Below, one piece after another: positions 50,000-62,270 of a stretch of DNA of 64,000 nucleotides; positions within the stretch are counted from its first letter, which is position 1; each line of letters starts with the position of its first letter. The notes under the pieces are model-generated. The model was given only the letters and a program-made list of their open reading frames with translations. It did not search any database and was not told the origin of the DNA. The stretch is from the NCBI RefSeq assembly GCF_009834535.1, contig NC_045697.1:9550001-9614000 (forward strand), given 5' to 3'. The DNA comes from Camelus ferus (taxonomy: Eukaryota). The position numbers and the translations under genes were made by a program.

Positions 50000-51251
50000 T
50001 TCCGGAGCAGACTGTCACAGGGTCCCTTCCAAGTGATAGCTGACAACTCCGTCTGTAAAATCTTAGTGTAAGAGGGAACATGCTACAGTTCCCATTATTG
50101 TGGTCCCAAGGCAATAACTGAGATTCATTGCCAACTTCATCCATAACCTATAACCCATTCTATTTTTCCTGGCAAATTGTAATTCGGTTCAATTAATGGA
50201 CCCTCAGTCTTTGAATTAACTCACATTTTTTAAAGTGAATGAGAAACTACAATTTTCCACTGCAAAAAAAGGAAGGGAGGAAGACAGAGAGAGAGGGAGG
50301 GAAAGGAGACCCGAATTATCCACCCATCTGGCCCCTTGCAACAGCACAATCTATTAGCCATTGAATCTATTGCACTGTCCTGTGAGTCAAGGTATTCTGA
50401 CTGCCACTCTGACTTTGCTGCACATACGGTAATTATGTCCACCTTGCTTCAGTTGTTTAGTGCTACCACCTGGCTGGCCTTTGCTATTTCAGAAATTCAC
50501 ATTCCATTTGACACTAGAGAACACAGTCCATGGCAAAGTCTCTCATGGTCATGGTGGCCTACAGGGGACAGACACTATTAAACTTCTCAAAGATCTCCCC
50601 TTTCTTAAAGCATTTCTTAGTTGGGGGAACATCCTTAATTATGCATTAGAAAATGCAGTCACAATACTAAATTCTCTTCAACGTTACGTGTAGGTAAAAC
50701 AACAAACGTGTATAGACTACTTAACACACACACACAAATTAATTTGGAAAAACTAATTTACTCATTCAATTCTCCCAATGCTTCTGTCATTTCGAACTGA
50801 GACATTCTCAGTCTTGTACCTAGTGCAGTCGGGGCTTCATCATTTAATAAAAAGCTGGTCTCAAGGTCCTTGTCCTCAACAGAATGCCACTCCCTGATCT
50901 ACTTACTCACCTAAGTCTTTGGGCTAATCTCCTGATTGTATTTTGCATTTGGGGGATCTTAAAATAATAAAATGCTTTTTCCTGCTAATCTGTAGACCTT
51001 TGAGTTTGATGAGCACCTGCATTCTTTTCATGCCCAGCCTATATTTATAGAAATGATAGCCAATTGAAGTTTGGATCTCACTCATGGCTTTACCTGCTTC
51101 CTTACAGCATCACTGACATCTGTCGCTGTAAACAATAGACTTTCTCCACAACTGCCAGATTTGATTGGTGGTAAATTCAGTTCTCATTTACTATCACTTC
51201 TTCTTCAAAGTAGGTTCCTACATGGCCATGTTCATCTATGCACATGTGTGT

Positions 51252-51276
51252 ACACACACACACACACACACACACA
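51252..51276. repeat. (CA)n microsatellite
   Basis: About 12 CA units. Confidence 0.95.
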
Positions 51277-52194
51277 TGCAAACACATACACATTCTATTA
51301 TTGATTCTTCTATTCTTTTGTGAATTCTTAAAAGGTATGGATTTTATATGAATTCCTTTCTCTTCTCCTTTCTCTCTTCCTCTATTTTTTTCGTTTCTTC
51401 TTAGCACTGAGATTGACACATAATAAATAGCCAATAAAAACTTCTTGGCTAATTGATGTACCAGACAAATTATAATAGAGAGCAAGATTTTTTAATCCGC
51501 TTAAAAAACTCACAACTGAACATTTAAACACTCAAGAGTAGTTTTATAACCCTAGTTGTCACTAGAGTTCACACCCAACAGCCTCACACCATTTGTAATC
51601 TGGAAAATTTTGTAACGTAAAGCTGATTCTGTCAAATGGTTAACGGCACAAAAATCACAGTGTCTGTAGAAACTTTAACTTAGAATCTCCAGATTTGAGG
51701 ATAATTGGAATCACAGCTTGAATGCAACAGTGATAACTATTTGAATTTAATTTACTATTATGTGCAGTGTAAGGGCTGATTCCTTTCCCCCCCAGCATTT
51801 TGGACTTTGATATAATTTCCTTTTTGTGAGCTAAATTTACTCAAGTGTCAATATTTTGCAATTCAAAGTACAAATTAACTTTATGTGTTTTGTTTTTCCC
51901 CTAATACAAGCAAATAAAAGCAACATTCACCAAAATTGTAAATGGTCTCTTGCTTTGCTTTTGTCCAACACTTTGCACGTGAGTTTTATTTCAGAAATAC
52001 GTGTCTGTCAGCATCAGCAAACCCAAAGCATTCCTAGACCAAGAGTCTTAATTATCAAGTGGATCCTTCCATCCCTGCACTGGTTTTACTCTTGGGCTCT
52101 TCCTTCTTTTTCACCTGAGAAGCCAGCGTAGTGTAACCCAAAGAACATGGGGTCTGGAGAACATTCGATTTGGGACCCAGCTTTCTGTGGGACG

Positions 52195-52410
52195 TTGAAT
52201 GCTTACCGTGTGTTAAGCGCTGTTCTAAGCATTTATCAAACGTATCTCACTTAATAATTGTTAAAATTTCTCATCTCCCCATTTTGAAAAATAAGGAAAA
52301 TGAGACTTAAAGAGGCCAAGTAGCATGCTTAGGATCACGTGGCTAGAGAGTGAAAGCTTGATCTCAAGTCACTTAACAGAGTTCCAGTTCTGCTGCCCTT
52401 AACCTCTACC
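52195..52410 (-). mobile_element. MIR
   Basis: ttgaatgcttaccgtgtgttaagcgctgttctaagcattt...ccccattttgaaaaataaggaaaatgagacttaaagagg...aggatcac. Confidence 0.85.
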
Positions 52411-54224
52411 CATCGGATGCTGTAAACTGGAAGCGGCACCATCATCAGCACACAGCCTGGGAGACTGATGCAGGGACCTTACCGCTGGCTCAAGCCTGTA
52501 TTGTCACGGGATCATTATCGTCCAGACTGCTAAACTTGCCTTCTTTGTGACCTGAGAGAAAATCACCTAAAACCAGAATGTCAGCACCTTTTCAGTAACT
52601 CAGAGTCCAACAGCCCTGCAAAATAAATGCTGAACCAGCCACTAGCATCATTCTGCTTGCCAGGCTTACTCTTGGAAACTTGGTCAGCTAAGGATCCTAT
52701 GGCATCTGGTTGACCCCACATGAGGTTCAAAGAGTCAGGGAGTGCCCCAGAGGGTAGCAAAACCAGACCTAGAGGCCCAGGTTCAAAAAAACTGGCAATC
52801 CCTGACGCTCAGGACAGAGCAGGGACCCACTTGTCCAGGTCTAAGGACAATACTGTTAATCAGTCAGATGTCCAGCCGTGTGCAGGAGGCTGGTCTAAGA
52901 GCAGAGAAGAGGGATGGGAAGACCATCTTGGCGCATTCACGTTCCTAGCGGCCAGACTGTCCCCGGTCCCTCCATACGACATGAAACACCTTGATGTCTT
53001 TCCACTAAGCTCAGCTATTTTTGCTTAAGCAATTTCAACACAAGTACCTGTTTCTTGAAACCAAGAGTCCTTAAGATTGCACCAAAGAACAATTTCATGC
53101 TGGTGATTTTTTTCCTGGGTTTGGCTTTGTTAAAAAATTCAAAGGGCTGAAGCCAATCAAATTGAGGCTGTAATACCACCAGTTAAGACACTGCAAATGG
53201 GTTCCCATCTGCCCCTTTCTAATTGTAGGACTGTCAGCAAGTTATTTCACTTTTCTCACCCAGTCTACTCACCCTGTTTGAAATTGCAAACACACACACA
53301 CAAACACACACATGCACCACCATTCCCTATCTTCCTTCCTTGCTTTATTTTTCCCAGAGTACTTTTTCATATTTTATATACTAAATAATTTATGTATTCA
53401 TTTTGTTAATTGCCCTTGCAACTAAAACACAATCACCATACAGAGGCAGCTGGGTCTCCCTGGTTTAGAATGGAATTCAGTACATAGGAATTCAGTATAT
53501 ACTTGTGGTGGTAGTTGTTGAATGTATTATGTAGTTGATTAGACCATATTCATAGTGACCCTCTTGAGATCCTATGAACCCTGTGAGTTCACAATGGCAG
53601 TATTAGAAAGGCCTCAGGCTAATCTGAATATCACTACAAGCACAATGGAAATAATACATTTCAACCATCGTGATGCTTCTCTAGCACATCTACCATCTCA
53701 TTAAACAAGAGAATTTAATGCTGCTTAAATTTCTATTTATTATCACTTTTCACTATATTCATAAATTATCTATGTCTCTTGTTTAGTAAAAATGACAGCA
53801 CCATTACCCAAAGTGCAGTTTTTTGGGTGAGCAAAACAAGGGAGATGATGGAAGAAAAAACTGCAAAAGAATTATTTGGTCTGTGACTTTTCTCAAGTTA
53901 GTTAAACTTCTCAGATCATGTTCCATACTTGAAAAATGGTCATGGCATAAGATAGCACACGTATATAGCCTAGTGTGTGCTCAACAAGTTTCAGCTCCTT
54001 ATTCCCTTTACATGGTGAAGAATGTCTTTTTCCAGCCCTAGAATCAAGAATTCTAAGTATGAAGCGTTTTCCCACCTTGAATTATACTCTAGTGTCAGCC
54101 AAATATGTAGAAAATCTCAGATGCCTCTGGAAGAGTCAAAAGAAGTCTAGTCTTCCTCGCCAGTAATGCCATGATGGTCACCTCACCACCCCAATTAAAC
54201 AACCTAACAATGACCATTGCTATT

Positions 54225-54400
54225 GCTAATATTATAGCCTACATCTGTTGAGCAATTGCTCCCTATCAAACACCCTTCTAAGTAAGGTCTTTACCTATAT
54301 TCATTCATGTCATCTTTATAAGACCTCACTCAATTAAGTATCACTATTAATCTCATTTTCATGTGAGAAAAGAGCTGCAAGGAGGGGTCAAGTAATCCAA
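54225..54400 (-). mobile_element. MIR
   Basis: atagcctacatctgttgagca...ttctaagt...tttacctatattcattcat...tctcattttcatgtgagaaaa. Confidence 0.6.
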
Positions 54401-55659
54401 GTACAAACTGTGGGCTTGCTATGCAAATGCAAGTGAAGAAACTTTCCCTACCTTTGCTTTCGGACCAGATTGCTCTTCCTAGGTCCTTATGCATACATAT
54501 TCTAGAGTTACCTCTGTGTATAGCCATCTCCAGGTAGGAATTAAACATGGGAAGTCCACATGCAAAGTGTCAATAAATTAGAGAAAGCAACTGACCATGT
54601 CCAGAGAGGCAGGTGCCAAAGTTCAAAGATTTGGTTAGATATCTGACACTCTAACTACACAAACCAGGTCCTAAGATATCTCAGTGAAAGAGAGGATAAT
54701 AGGAGCAAAAAGAGCCTTGGTGGAACCTTGCTGGACCAGTGCAGAGGGAGAGATCAGCCCCCTGCAGAGAATTAGGAATTCTATGATGCAATCCTAGCAG
54801 CTTCCTCCTCCGCACTTATTATTAGCAGTACTGCTTGAGGCTCACTGTTAGTTACGATAGAGCCTGTCTTCCCAAAGAACCCTCCTTCCCCGACCAATTT
54901 TGGAGAAGGAGGAAAATAATTAAGTAAAATTATTTACAAATAAATTATCCAAATATGACAGCTTTGGGGAGATAAGTAAGCAATGACCATGCATCTTCTA
55001 TACCTAGATGGTTGGATCTGGAGCTCTCAGAACATATCAGAAGGGATTCAGAGTCTCATCTTTCAAGGCCCAAATGCATCAGTGGTGGGAAGGGCAGTGG
55101 CTTTAGTGTCAAAAGACCAGATTTTCAGTTTGCTAGCCAGGGCTCCGTGAGCAAGTCAGTGGATCCCTGAGAGACTCATCTCTTAATGGTGAAGCCTGCT
55201 TCTCTTACTTTCTAGAGTAGGGATGGAGATTAATAAACAGCATTTATAGGAAGCTCCGAGTTTCTCTAATACTCCAGATATGTCCTTTCACCTCAGGGCC
55301 TCTGTAACTGTACCTTCTTCATTCCTGAATGTCCTGTTCTGCCCAGTCCCCCTCACATGGCTAACTCCATGATAACACGTATGATCCTCTATTGTAATGC
55401 CCTGTTTACATGCCTGTCTTCCAGCTCTACTGTGAACTTTACGAGGGCAAGGATGGCATCTTATTATTGCATAGTTGCAACACACACAGCAGATACATTG
55501 AAAAGTCCCACTGGGGACTTGTGATTCCAGAAATATGATAAACAAGGCATTCTAATGCTGAGAACATTGAAAATTTTAGATATGATATAGAAAGAGTTAT
55601 TTTTAAATGCATCAACGGATTGACCAGCATGTAAGAATACATAAAAGTCAAAGTCTAAG

Positions 55660-58205
55660 TGCAATAAGAGAAATTCAGAAAGTCAAGCAGAGCACTGAAC
55701 TAAAATCTCATTCAGGGGTGTTTGCTGAACCCCAGTGGACTTGAGCCCTGGTTAGCAAAGAGACAAATTACAAGGTCTACCCAAAGGAAGGAGTCTTGTA
55801 GGAGATTCCCCACATGTATAAATTTGGGGCCCCCAAAACTACAACTTTAATTTAAGGATGAACACAAAATTTACTCCCAAAGGGAGTAAAAGAGTATGTC
55901 CCAGTCTCAAACCTCTAACTCTAGGAAGGGGGAAAATGTTCCTTGAAAATTCTTTACTACAAGTTAGTCCCTCATCAAATTTGTAGTCCCAAATCTCAGT
56001 AACTAGGTGACTTGAAAACTTCTAGCTAAAATTGGTTTAAAGTATTCTCAGATTGGCAGAACACATCAGGAGGAATCCAGCTGCAAATCAGAACTCAAAT
56101 AATTATTGAATTCAGAAAATAGGAAAACAGCTTTCTAACACCTCTTTCATTCAGTGTTTGTTGGGAATTCTAGAATAACAGAAAGACAAAAAAAAAAGAA
56201 ACAGAGGTATAAGTTTATGAAAATAAAATAACAAAACTCTCTTTATTCATGGGTGATATGATCATCTACACAGAAAAGCTCAAATCCACAGATTTATCAT
56301 TCAGCTTAATAGATATATTATCAGGGATTCTTGATGCAAACTAATATAAAATACTGAAAACTCAGAGAATATATTTTAAAACAGAAACAATTTGTAATGG
56401 CATAAAATATGAAGTACCTAGACATAAATCCAGCAGAGATGGGAAGGAGTTTTATGGAAAATCTTATAAAACTTTATTGGGAAATGTTTAAAAAAGACCA
56501 AAATTAAAGAAGTACTATATCATGTTCATGGATAGTAAGAGTCAATATTAATGTCATTTCTTTCCAAATTGGTCTATAAATCTATAAAGTCAATGAAATT
56601 CTAAGAACATTCCAACAGGTTATTATTAAAGAAATTGAAAAGCTGACTCAACCACTTTATGGGGAAGAGTAAATACCAAGGACAGCCAAAACACTACTGC
56701 AGAAAAATAGTGGGATTTAGCTTTCAAAATACCAAACGTTATTACTAGGTGACAGTAATTAAAGCAGGCTGGTGCTGGTGCGCACATAGACAAATAAGTG
56801 TATGAGAAGAAAAAAGAGCCCAGAAGCAGGCCCACACACATATGGAAATATGATTTATGACAAGGCCAGCACTGCATGTCATAGGCAAGAGATAAATTAT
56901 TCAGTAAGTAATCCTGAAGGAATCGGTTATGTTCATATGGACAAAAATGAAATTGTTACTTACCATATACAAAATCAGTTCCAGGTAGATTAAATATTTA
57001 GATATAAAAAGTAAAACTATAAAACTTTTAGAACATAAAACAGGGGAACCCCAGAATATTTTTTATGACTCCTGGACAGGGAAGAGTTTCTAAACAAGAA
57101 ATAGAAAGTACAAATCATGAAGAAATGATGAAGTGCTCAGCAATATTAAAAACATCTGTTCATCCAAAGACCTAATATAAAAACTGAAATGACAAACCAC
57201 AAAGTGGAAGAAGATGTTTGGGGATGTGTAATGACAAAATTAGTATCCAGACAGTAAATAGAATTTATATTAATCAATAAATTAAAGACAAACAACTCCA
57301 TAGAAGAAAATGGGCAAAGTCTTTAATAATCACTTCACAAAAGCAGAAACTCTAATGACCAATAAACATTTAAAGACATTCTTCAATTCACTAGTAATCA
57401 AAGAAATGCAAACTAAAACCACAAGCAGGTACCATTTTTTCATCCATCATATTGGCAAAAATTAGTTCTCAATTAAAAATTGAGAATATCAAGCACTGGC
57501 AAGGATGGAAAGTAGGATTGTAAATAACACTTATGTACTGCAGGTAGGTTTATAAGTGGTTATAGTTACTGTGCAAAACAAGACCACAGCATTACATTGT
57601 AATGTTGAACATGCTCGAATCCTGTGGCCCTATCAATTTCACTCCCAAATGTTTATACAACAGGGAATCTTGCCCAAGCACATCATGAGTTTATATAATA
57701 ATATTGATAGAAGCACCAATAGTAAAAGGAAAAAAATTTAAAAGGGAGCAACTTAAATGTCCATTAGGAGAAAAAAAAGGCTAAGTGAATTCTGCCATAT
57801 CTATATACAGGTATCCTATACAGCAGTGAAAAGAATAAATCATAGCTTCATAAACAAGGTGGATATATCTCAGAATATAATGTTAAGCAAACAAAGCAAA
57901 TAGCAGAGGATTGATAGCAATGAATTCTATTTACATAGATGTCAAAATTATGAAAAACTAAAAAATTCTACTGTTAAGTAATGCAAACATAAATGATATA
58001 ACCATAAAAAAAAGAAAAGGAAGGTTCAACATAAAATTCAGAATTTCTATTGCCTCTAAAAGGAGAAGGACAGTATGTGGCTGCATAAGGTAAGTTTCAA
58101 AAGTATTGGGTGATGGTATCTAGATGTTAGTTTTATTGCTCTTTGATATAATGCATGCATATTTTATTTTAATATTTTATTCTCTATTTAATATAAAATT
58201 TAAGA
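55660..58205 (+). mobile_element. Ancient L1 (L1ME-like): putative 5' region, ORF2 RT to C-terminus relic, 3' UTR
   Basis: 56237-56278 translates LSLFMGDMIIYTEK (L1 RT motif LSLFADDMIVY). SPEAGPHTYGNMIYDK near 56817 resembles SPEIDPHIYGQLIFDK. Further ORF2 landmarks occur (catgttcatggatag, aaaatgggcaaag, aagaaatgcaaactaaaaccacaa), with many stops and frameshifts. Confidence 0.85.
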
Positions 58206-58299
58206 CACATTGAATGTGTGAATGCCTTAATTATATACCATCTAGCATTGGAAATCACTAACTTGAGTTTGCTTTTACTAAATATTTTAGCTAATGATA

Positions 58300-58465
58300 T
58301 TAATAACTAGTATTTACTAAACCCTTGCCACATGCAAGGCACTGAGAAAGTACTTTATATCTATTATGTTAATCTTCATAAAACTTTTCATCTTTAGCCC
58401 ATAATATAGATGGGAAAACTAAAGAACAGAGAGGTTAAGTACATTCCCAAGGTCTCACTGGTATT
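58300..58465 (-). mobile_element. MIR
   Basis: aataactagtatttactaaa...aggcactg...cccataatatagatgggaaaactaaagaacagagaggttaagtacattcccaaggtc. Confidence 0.85.
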
Positions 58466-60261
58466 GAAATGGCCCCTGTTGGCTCCCTTGAGCTCACAAA
58501 GCCTTAGCTTATAGTATTCCATGCAATGTCTAGATGCCTAACACCTACTCAGTGGTCAGTGGACTAGCAGTATGGTTCCTACTACCAAGAATCTTGAATA
58601 ACCTTGAATAACTCAATAGTCTTCTGAGGTGAGGCTTAGGAGCATGACCCCTTCGAGTAGGGGCTGATAACTAACAGGATGGATGTCACACATCTTGGGT
58701 ACTATTAAAAACGTCAACTCTTAGGATGAATACAAAACAATACAGAAATGCATATGTTTGTTTTCTAATAGGATTATTAAAAAAAAAACACCAAGCTACT
58801 GTTTTGGGTGGGGGAGGTAGAGTGAATCCACATGTACATAGCAGTACTTCCGGGTAATAGTCACTTTCTTTGTGCTCTGTCATTTTATTTTCACCAACAA
58901 GCCATGAGCATATTTTATTTTATTGCTTTTATAGCTGAGAAAACTGAGGGGAAGTCACACTTTCTACCTCACACAAGGGCACCCATCTATCAAGGAAGAA
59001 GAGAACGGAGTTTTAATTCAAGTCTGTCTCGAAAGCGATGTTTCCTCTGCAAGACTATATCAAGAAGGAAACACTATCGTGTTTCTGCTGTCAGCCTGTC
59101 CAATGGGTACAAAGTGGAGGCTACTCTGACATCTTATGTCTTATCAGCTTTGGCGTCAAATGATATATCAGGTTTGAATACAGAATTCACATGAACCTCA
59201 GTCTTCATAGTTCTCATCTGGACAATTATAATAATTAATAGTAATAATGGTAATAATAACAAAACCAACCTTATAAGATTATTATAGTGATTACAAAACT
59301 GTCACATATAAAATGCTCTATGTCTAACAGGTGTTTATACAGGTTTGTACTCTTACTCATCCCACATCTCTCTAGGTAGGAAATCAGTGAGCTGGGCTTG
59401 GATTTTCCACTGAGTAGCTGAGAGGTCTTGGTGAATTGATTCCTCTCCTCTCGAGCTCTGTTTCCCCATCTACACCAGAGTGGTAGACCAGATGACTTTA
59501 GGAAGGGCCAACCCTAAGAGCCACAGTGGAGATTTCAAACAGGAGATGGCAAATATCCTCCATCATGTGAGAGCAGAGAAGGGAAAAAATGAACCTTGAT
59601 CTATTCTCTGGTACAACAGGAAACCTAACTCTCACCACCCACTTTGCTGGGATCTGGGAAGGATTAATGAGACATAATTCTCAGTGCTCTGCCGAGAGCT
59701 ATTACTGCCTTACAGAGGGAAAAATCCCATTGTTGCCAGCAAACAAGACTGAAGATTTGATGAGGTGTGAATATTTTTAGTGTAACAGTATGTAAACACT
59801 GCTTTTTTCATCCAAGTTATCACTCTGCGCACACACCCGTATGCATTTTTATGAGGCCATTTCTCCATGGCTGTAAATATTCTGTGCTTGCCCTTTTCCA
59901 GGAGCTCCAAGAATGTGCTGACCAGGGGCCCCAGCTGAACCTCTAGGCCGGTTCCTAAGGCTCACCACATTCTCCGGGAGAAATGTTAATAGGCATATTC
60001 ACATTTCGTGCCAATGTGTTTGCCTTCCCTCTGGCCAACACAAATTGTATCATGCAAGGCCAGGGGCAAAAGGGGGCCTCTGTGGGAGAAGGTTCGGTCA
60101 TTTCATAGTGATAAATATGAAGCAGTAACATGAGCACCAAGTCATAGAAGTGGAAAAAAGGCAGGAAGCCTGATGCCAAATTGTGTCCCTGCCACACTTG
60201 CTTAAAAAGTCAGAAGAAGACTAAATCTTCAAACCAATGCTTTTTCAATAAACAATTCCAC

Positions 60262-61125
60262 CACTCATTCATTTGACAAGTATTTACTGGGCACACTAAG
60301 TGCCAGATACTGTGAGACTTACAAGAATATAAAAGTGAATATGATGTTGTGTTCTTTTCTGGTGCACAGCATAGTGATTCAGTTACACACACACACACAC
60401 ACACACACATTCTTTTCATATTTTCCATTATAGGTTACTACAAGATGTTGAATATAATTTCCTGGGCTATTCAGTAGGACCTTGTTGTTTACCCATTTTA
60501 TATATAATATTTAGTATCTGCAAATCCCAACCTCCCGATTTATCCCTCCCACACCCCTGGTAACCAAAAGTTTGTTTTCTATGTCTGTGAGTTTATTTCT
60601 GTTTTGTAAATAAGTTCATTTGTGTCATTTTTTAAGATTCCACATATAAGTGATATTATATACTTCAACAAAAAAAATGAGAATAAGAATTGAAATGAAA
60701 GTGAAGTGAAATAAATGAAAAGAAATGAAAAATGAGAAGTGGAAAAGAGCAGCCGGCAGCTTTCTGAAATATTTTATAACTTGATTTGAGTGATAATTAC
60801 ATGAATGTAAATATGCAGGAAAATTCATCAACCTACAAGAGTTTCAAAAAAATAATAATAATAGTAAAAATAATCATGTGTGTGTAAAGTATGATAAAGC
60901 AAATGTAGTAAATTTTAACATTTAGGGAATCACATTCAAGAGTATATGGGAATTCTTTGTACTATTTTTGTACTTTCTGTAAGTATGAAATTATTTCAAA
61001 ATAATAAAAATCCAAAATAAAAAAAAAACTTTTAAAAAAAGTGAATATGACTTAGCTCCAGCCTTTACAGTGACCATATTTTAGTGATGGACTTGACAAG
61101 CACACAAGCAATGACCACTCAGGGG
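60262..61125 (-). mobile_element. L2 3' end, split by the composite L1 insertion
   Basis: cactcattcatttgacaagtatttactgggcac...gtgccagatactgtg...aaaagtgaatatga | cttagctccagcc...ttagtgatgg...gacaagcacacaagcaatgac reads as one L2 tail once 60345-61050 is removed. Confidence 0.75.
60345..61036 (+). mobile_element. 5'-inverted young L1 with 3'-transduced flank, bounded by a 14-bp TSD
   Basis: TSD aaaagtgaatatga at 60331-60344 and 61037-61050. Inside: antisense L1 3' UTR (60345-60660), sense L1 tip tatacttcaa plus tail (60659 to about 60748), extra sequence, and a second A tail. Confidence 0.85.
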
Positions 61126-61659
61126 TAAGTGTGCTGCACATAGACTCCCTTCCTTCCCATTGTTCTGCCCATCTGACCCCTAAAGCATCACCCTCCTCTA
61201 CAATCTCTGGGAAAGAGGCAGTTTGTCTCATGTCTTCCCTGGAGGGGTACCCTTGGCAACTGTTTCCACACTTGATACCTGCTCCACAGCTCTCACAACT
61301 GTTTGCTCATGTCTCAAACTCTAAGTCCCTGACTCCCTGAGAGTCTACTACTGCACCACTGATGGGCCAGGCAGCAGGTGGATGAGGCAGGGCAGGCTTT
61401 GCCCCAACACTGCATTCCCTACAGTAGTGCCACCACACAAAGCTATCTGCATGTTTCTGATGTCACCAAAGGGTGACAATCAAAATAAAAACACACTAAA
61501 ATACACTGAAAGCAGCAAATCCTGCCATGTCCACCTCCAGAACTTCCTGAAATCAACCACTTCTCCTCACTGCTAACGAGATCACCCTAATACCAGCAAC
61601 TCACAATTACTTGTAATTTGACTAATGCAACAGGCTCATAACTGATTTCTAGATTCTAC

Positions 61660-62270
61660 TTTTTATCCTCCTAGCCCCAAAATCTATTCTCCCTCAACAA
61701 ACAGAACAAGTTCAAAAAATATAAATCAGATCACATCTGTATTGCACAATCTTTAATAGTTCCATAGCAGTTAAAATTCAAAATCCTCACCACGGTCTTC
61801 AAGACCCAGCTCCTTGCTGACCTCCTTCAGCCTGTCTCTGACTTCTCTCCCCCTCACTATCTAGATCCAGATCACAAGCCCTCTCTGTGCCTAGAAGATG
61901 CTCAGTTTGTTTCCACCTCTGAGTCTGTGCATTGACTATTTTATTGTGTCTGAAACCTGCTGCCTCCACTTCACGTGGCTGATGCATTTATGTCACATCT
62001 CAGTTCAAGTGGCCCCTCTCCACTGACTATCAGATTTATTCTCTCATCCCTTGAGATGCTCTCTAATGAAATATCCACTTTTATTTCTCCCAGAGCTGTT
62101 ATCATGAGCTTAACACATCCTGTACATGTACTTGCTTTTGTATTTATTGTCTGTCTTGCCCCACCAGGTTTCTAAGCCCCACTAGGAAAAGCATCTTGCT
62201 GTCTACATACTTTGTACCTCTAGCACCTGGTACCTAGTACAAACGACAGTGGCTCAATGCATGAATGGAT
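61660..62270 (+). mobile_element. L2 3' portion
   Basis: aatctattctcc...aaaatataaatcagatcac...attcaaaatcctcacc...tatttattgtctgtctt...ctctagcacctgg...gctcaatgcatgaatggat. Confidence 0.85.
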
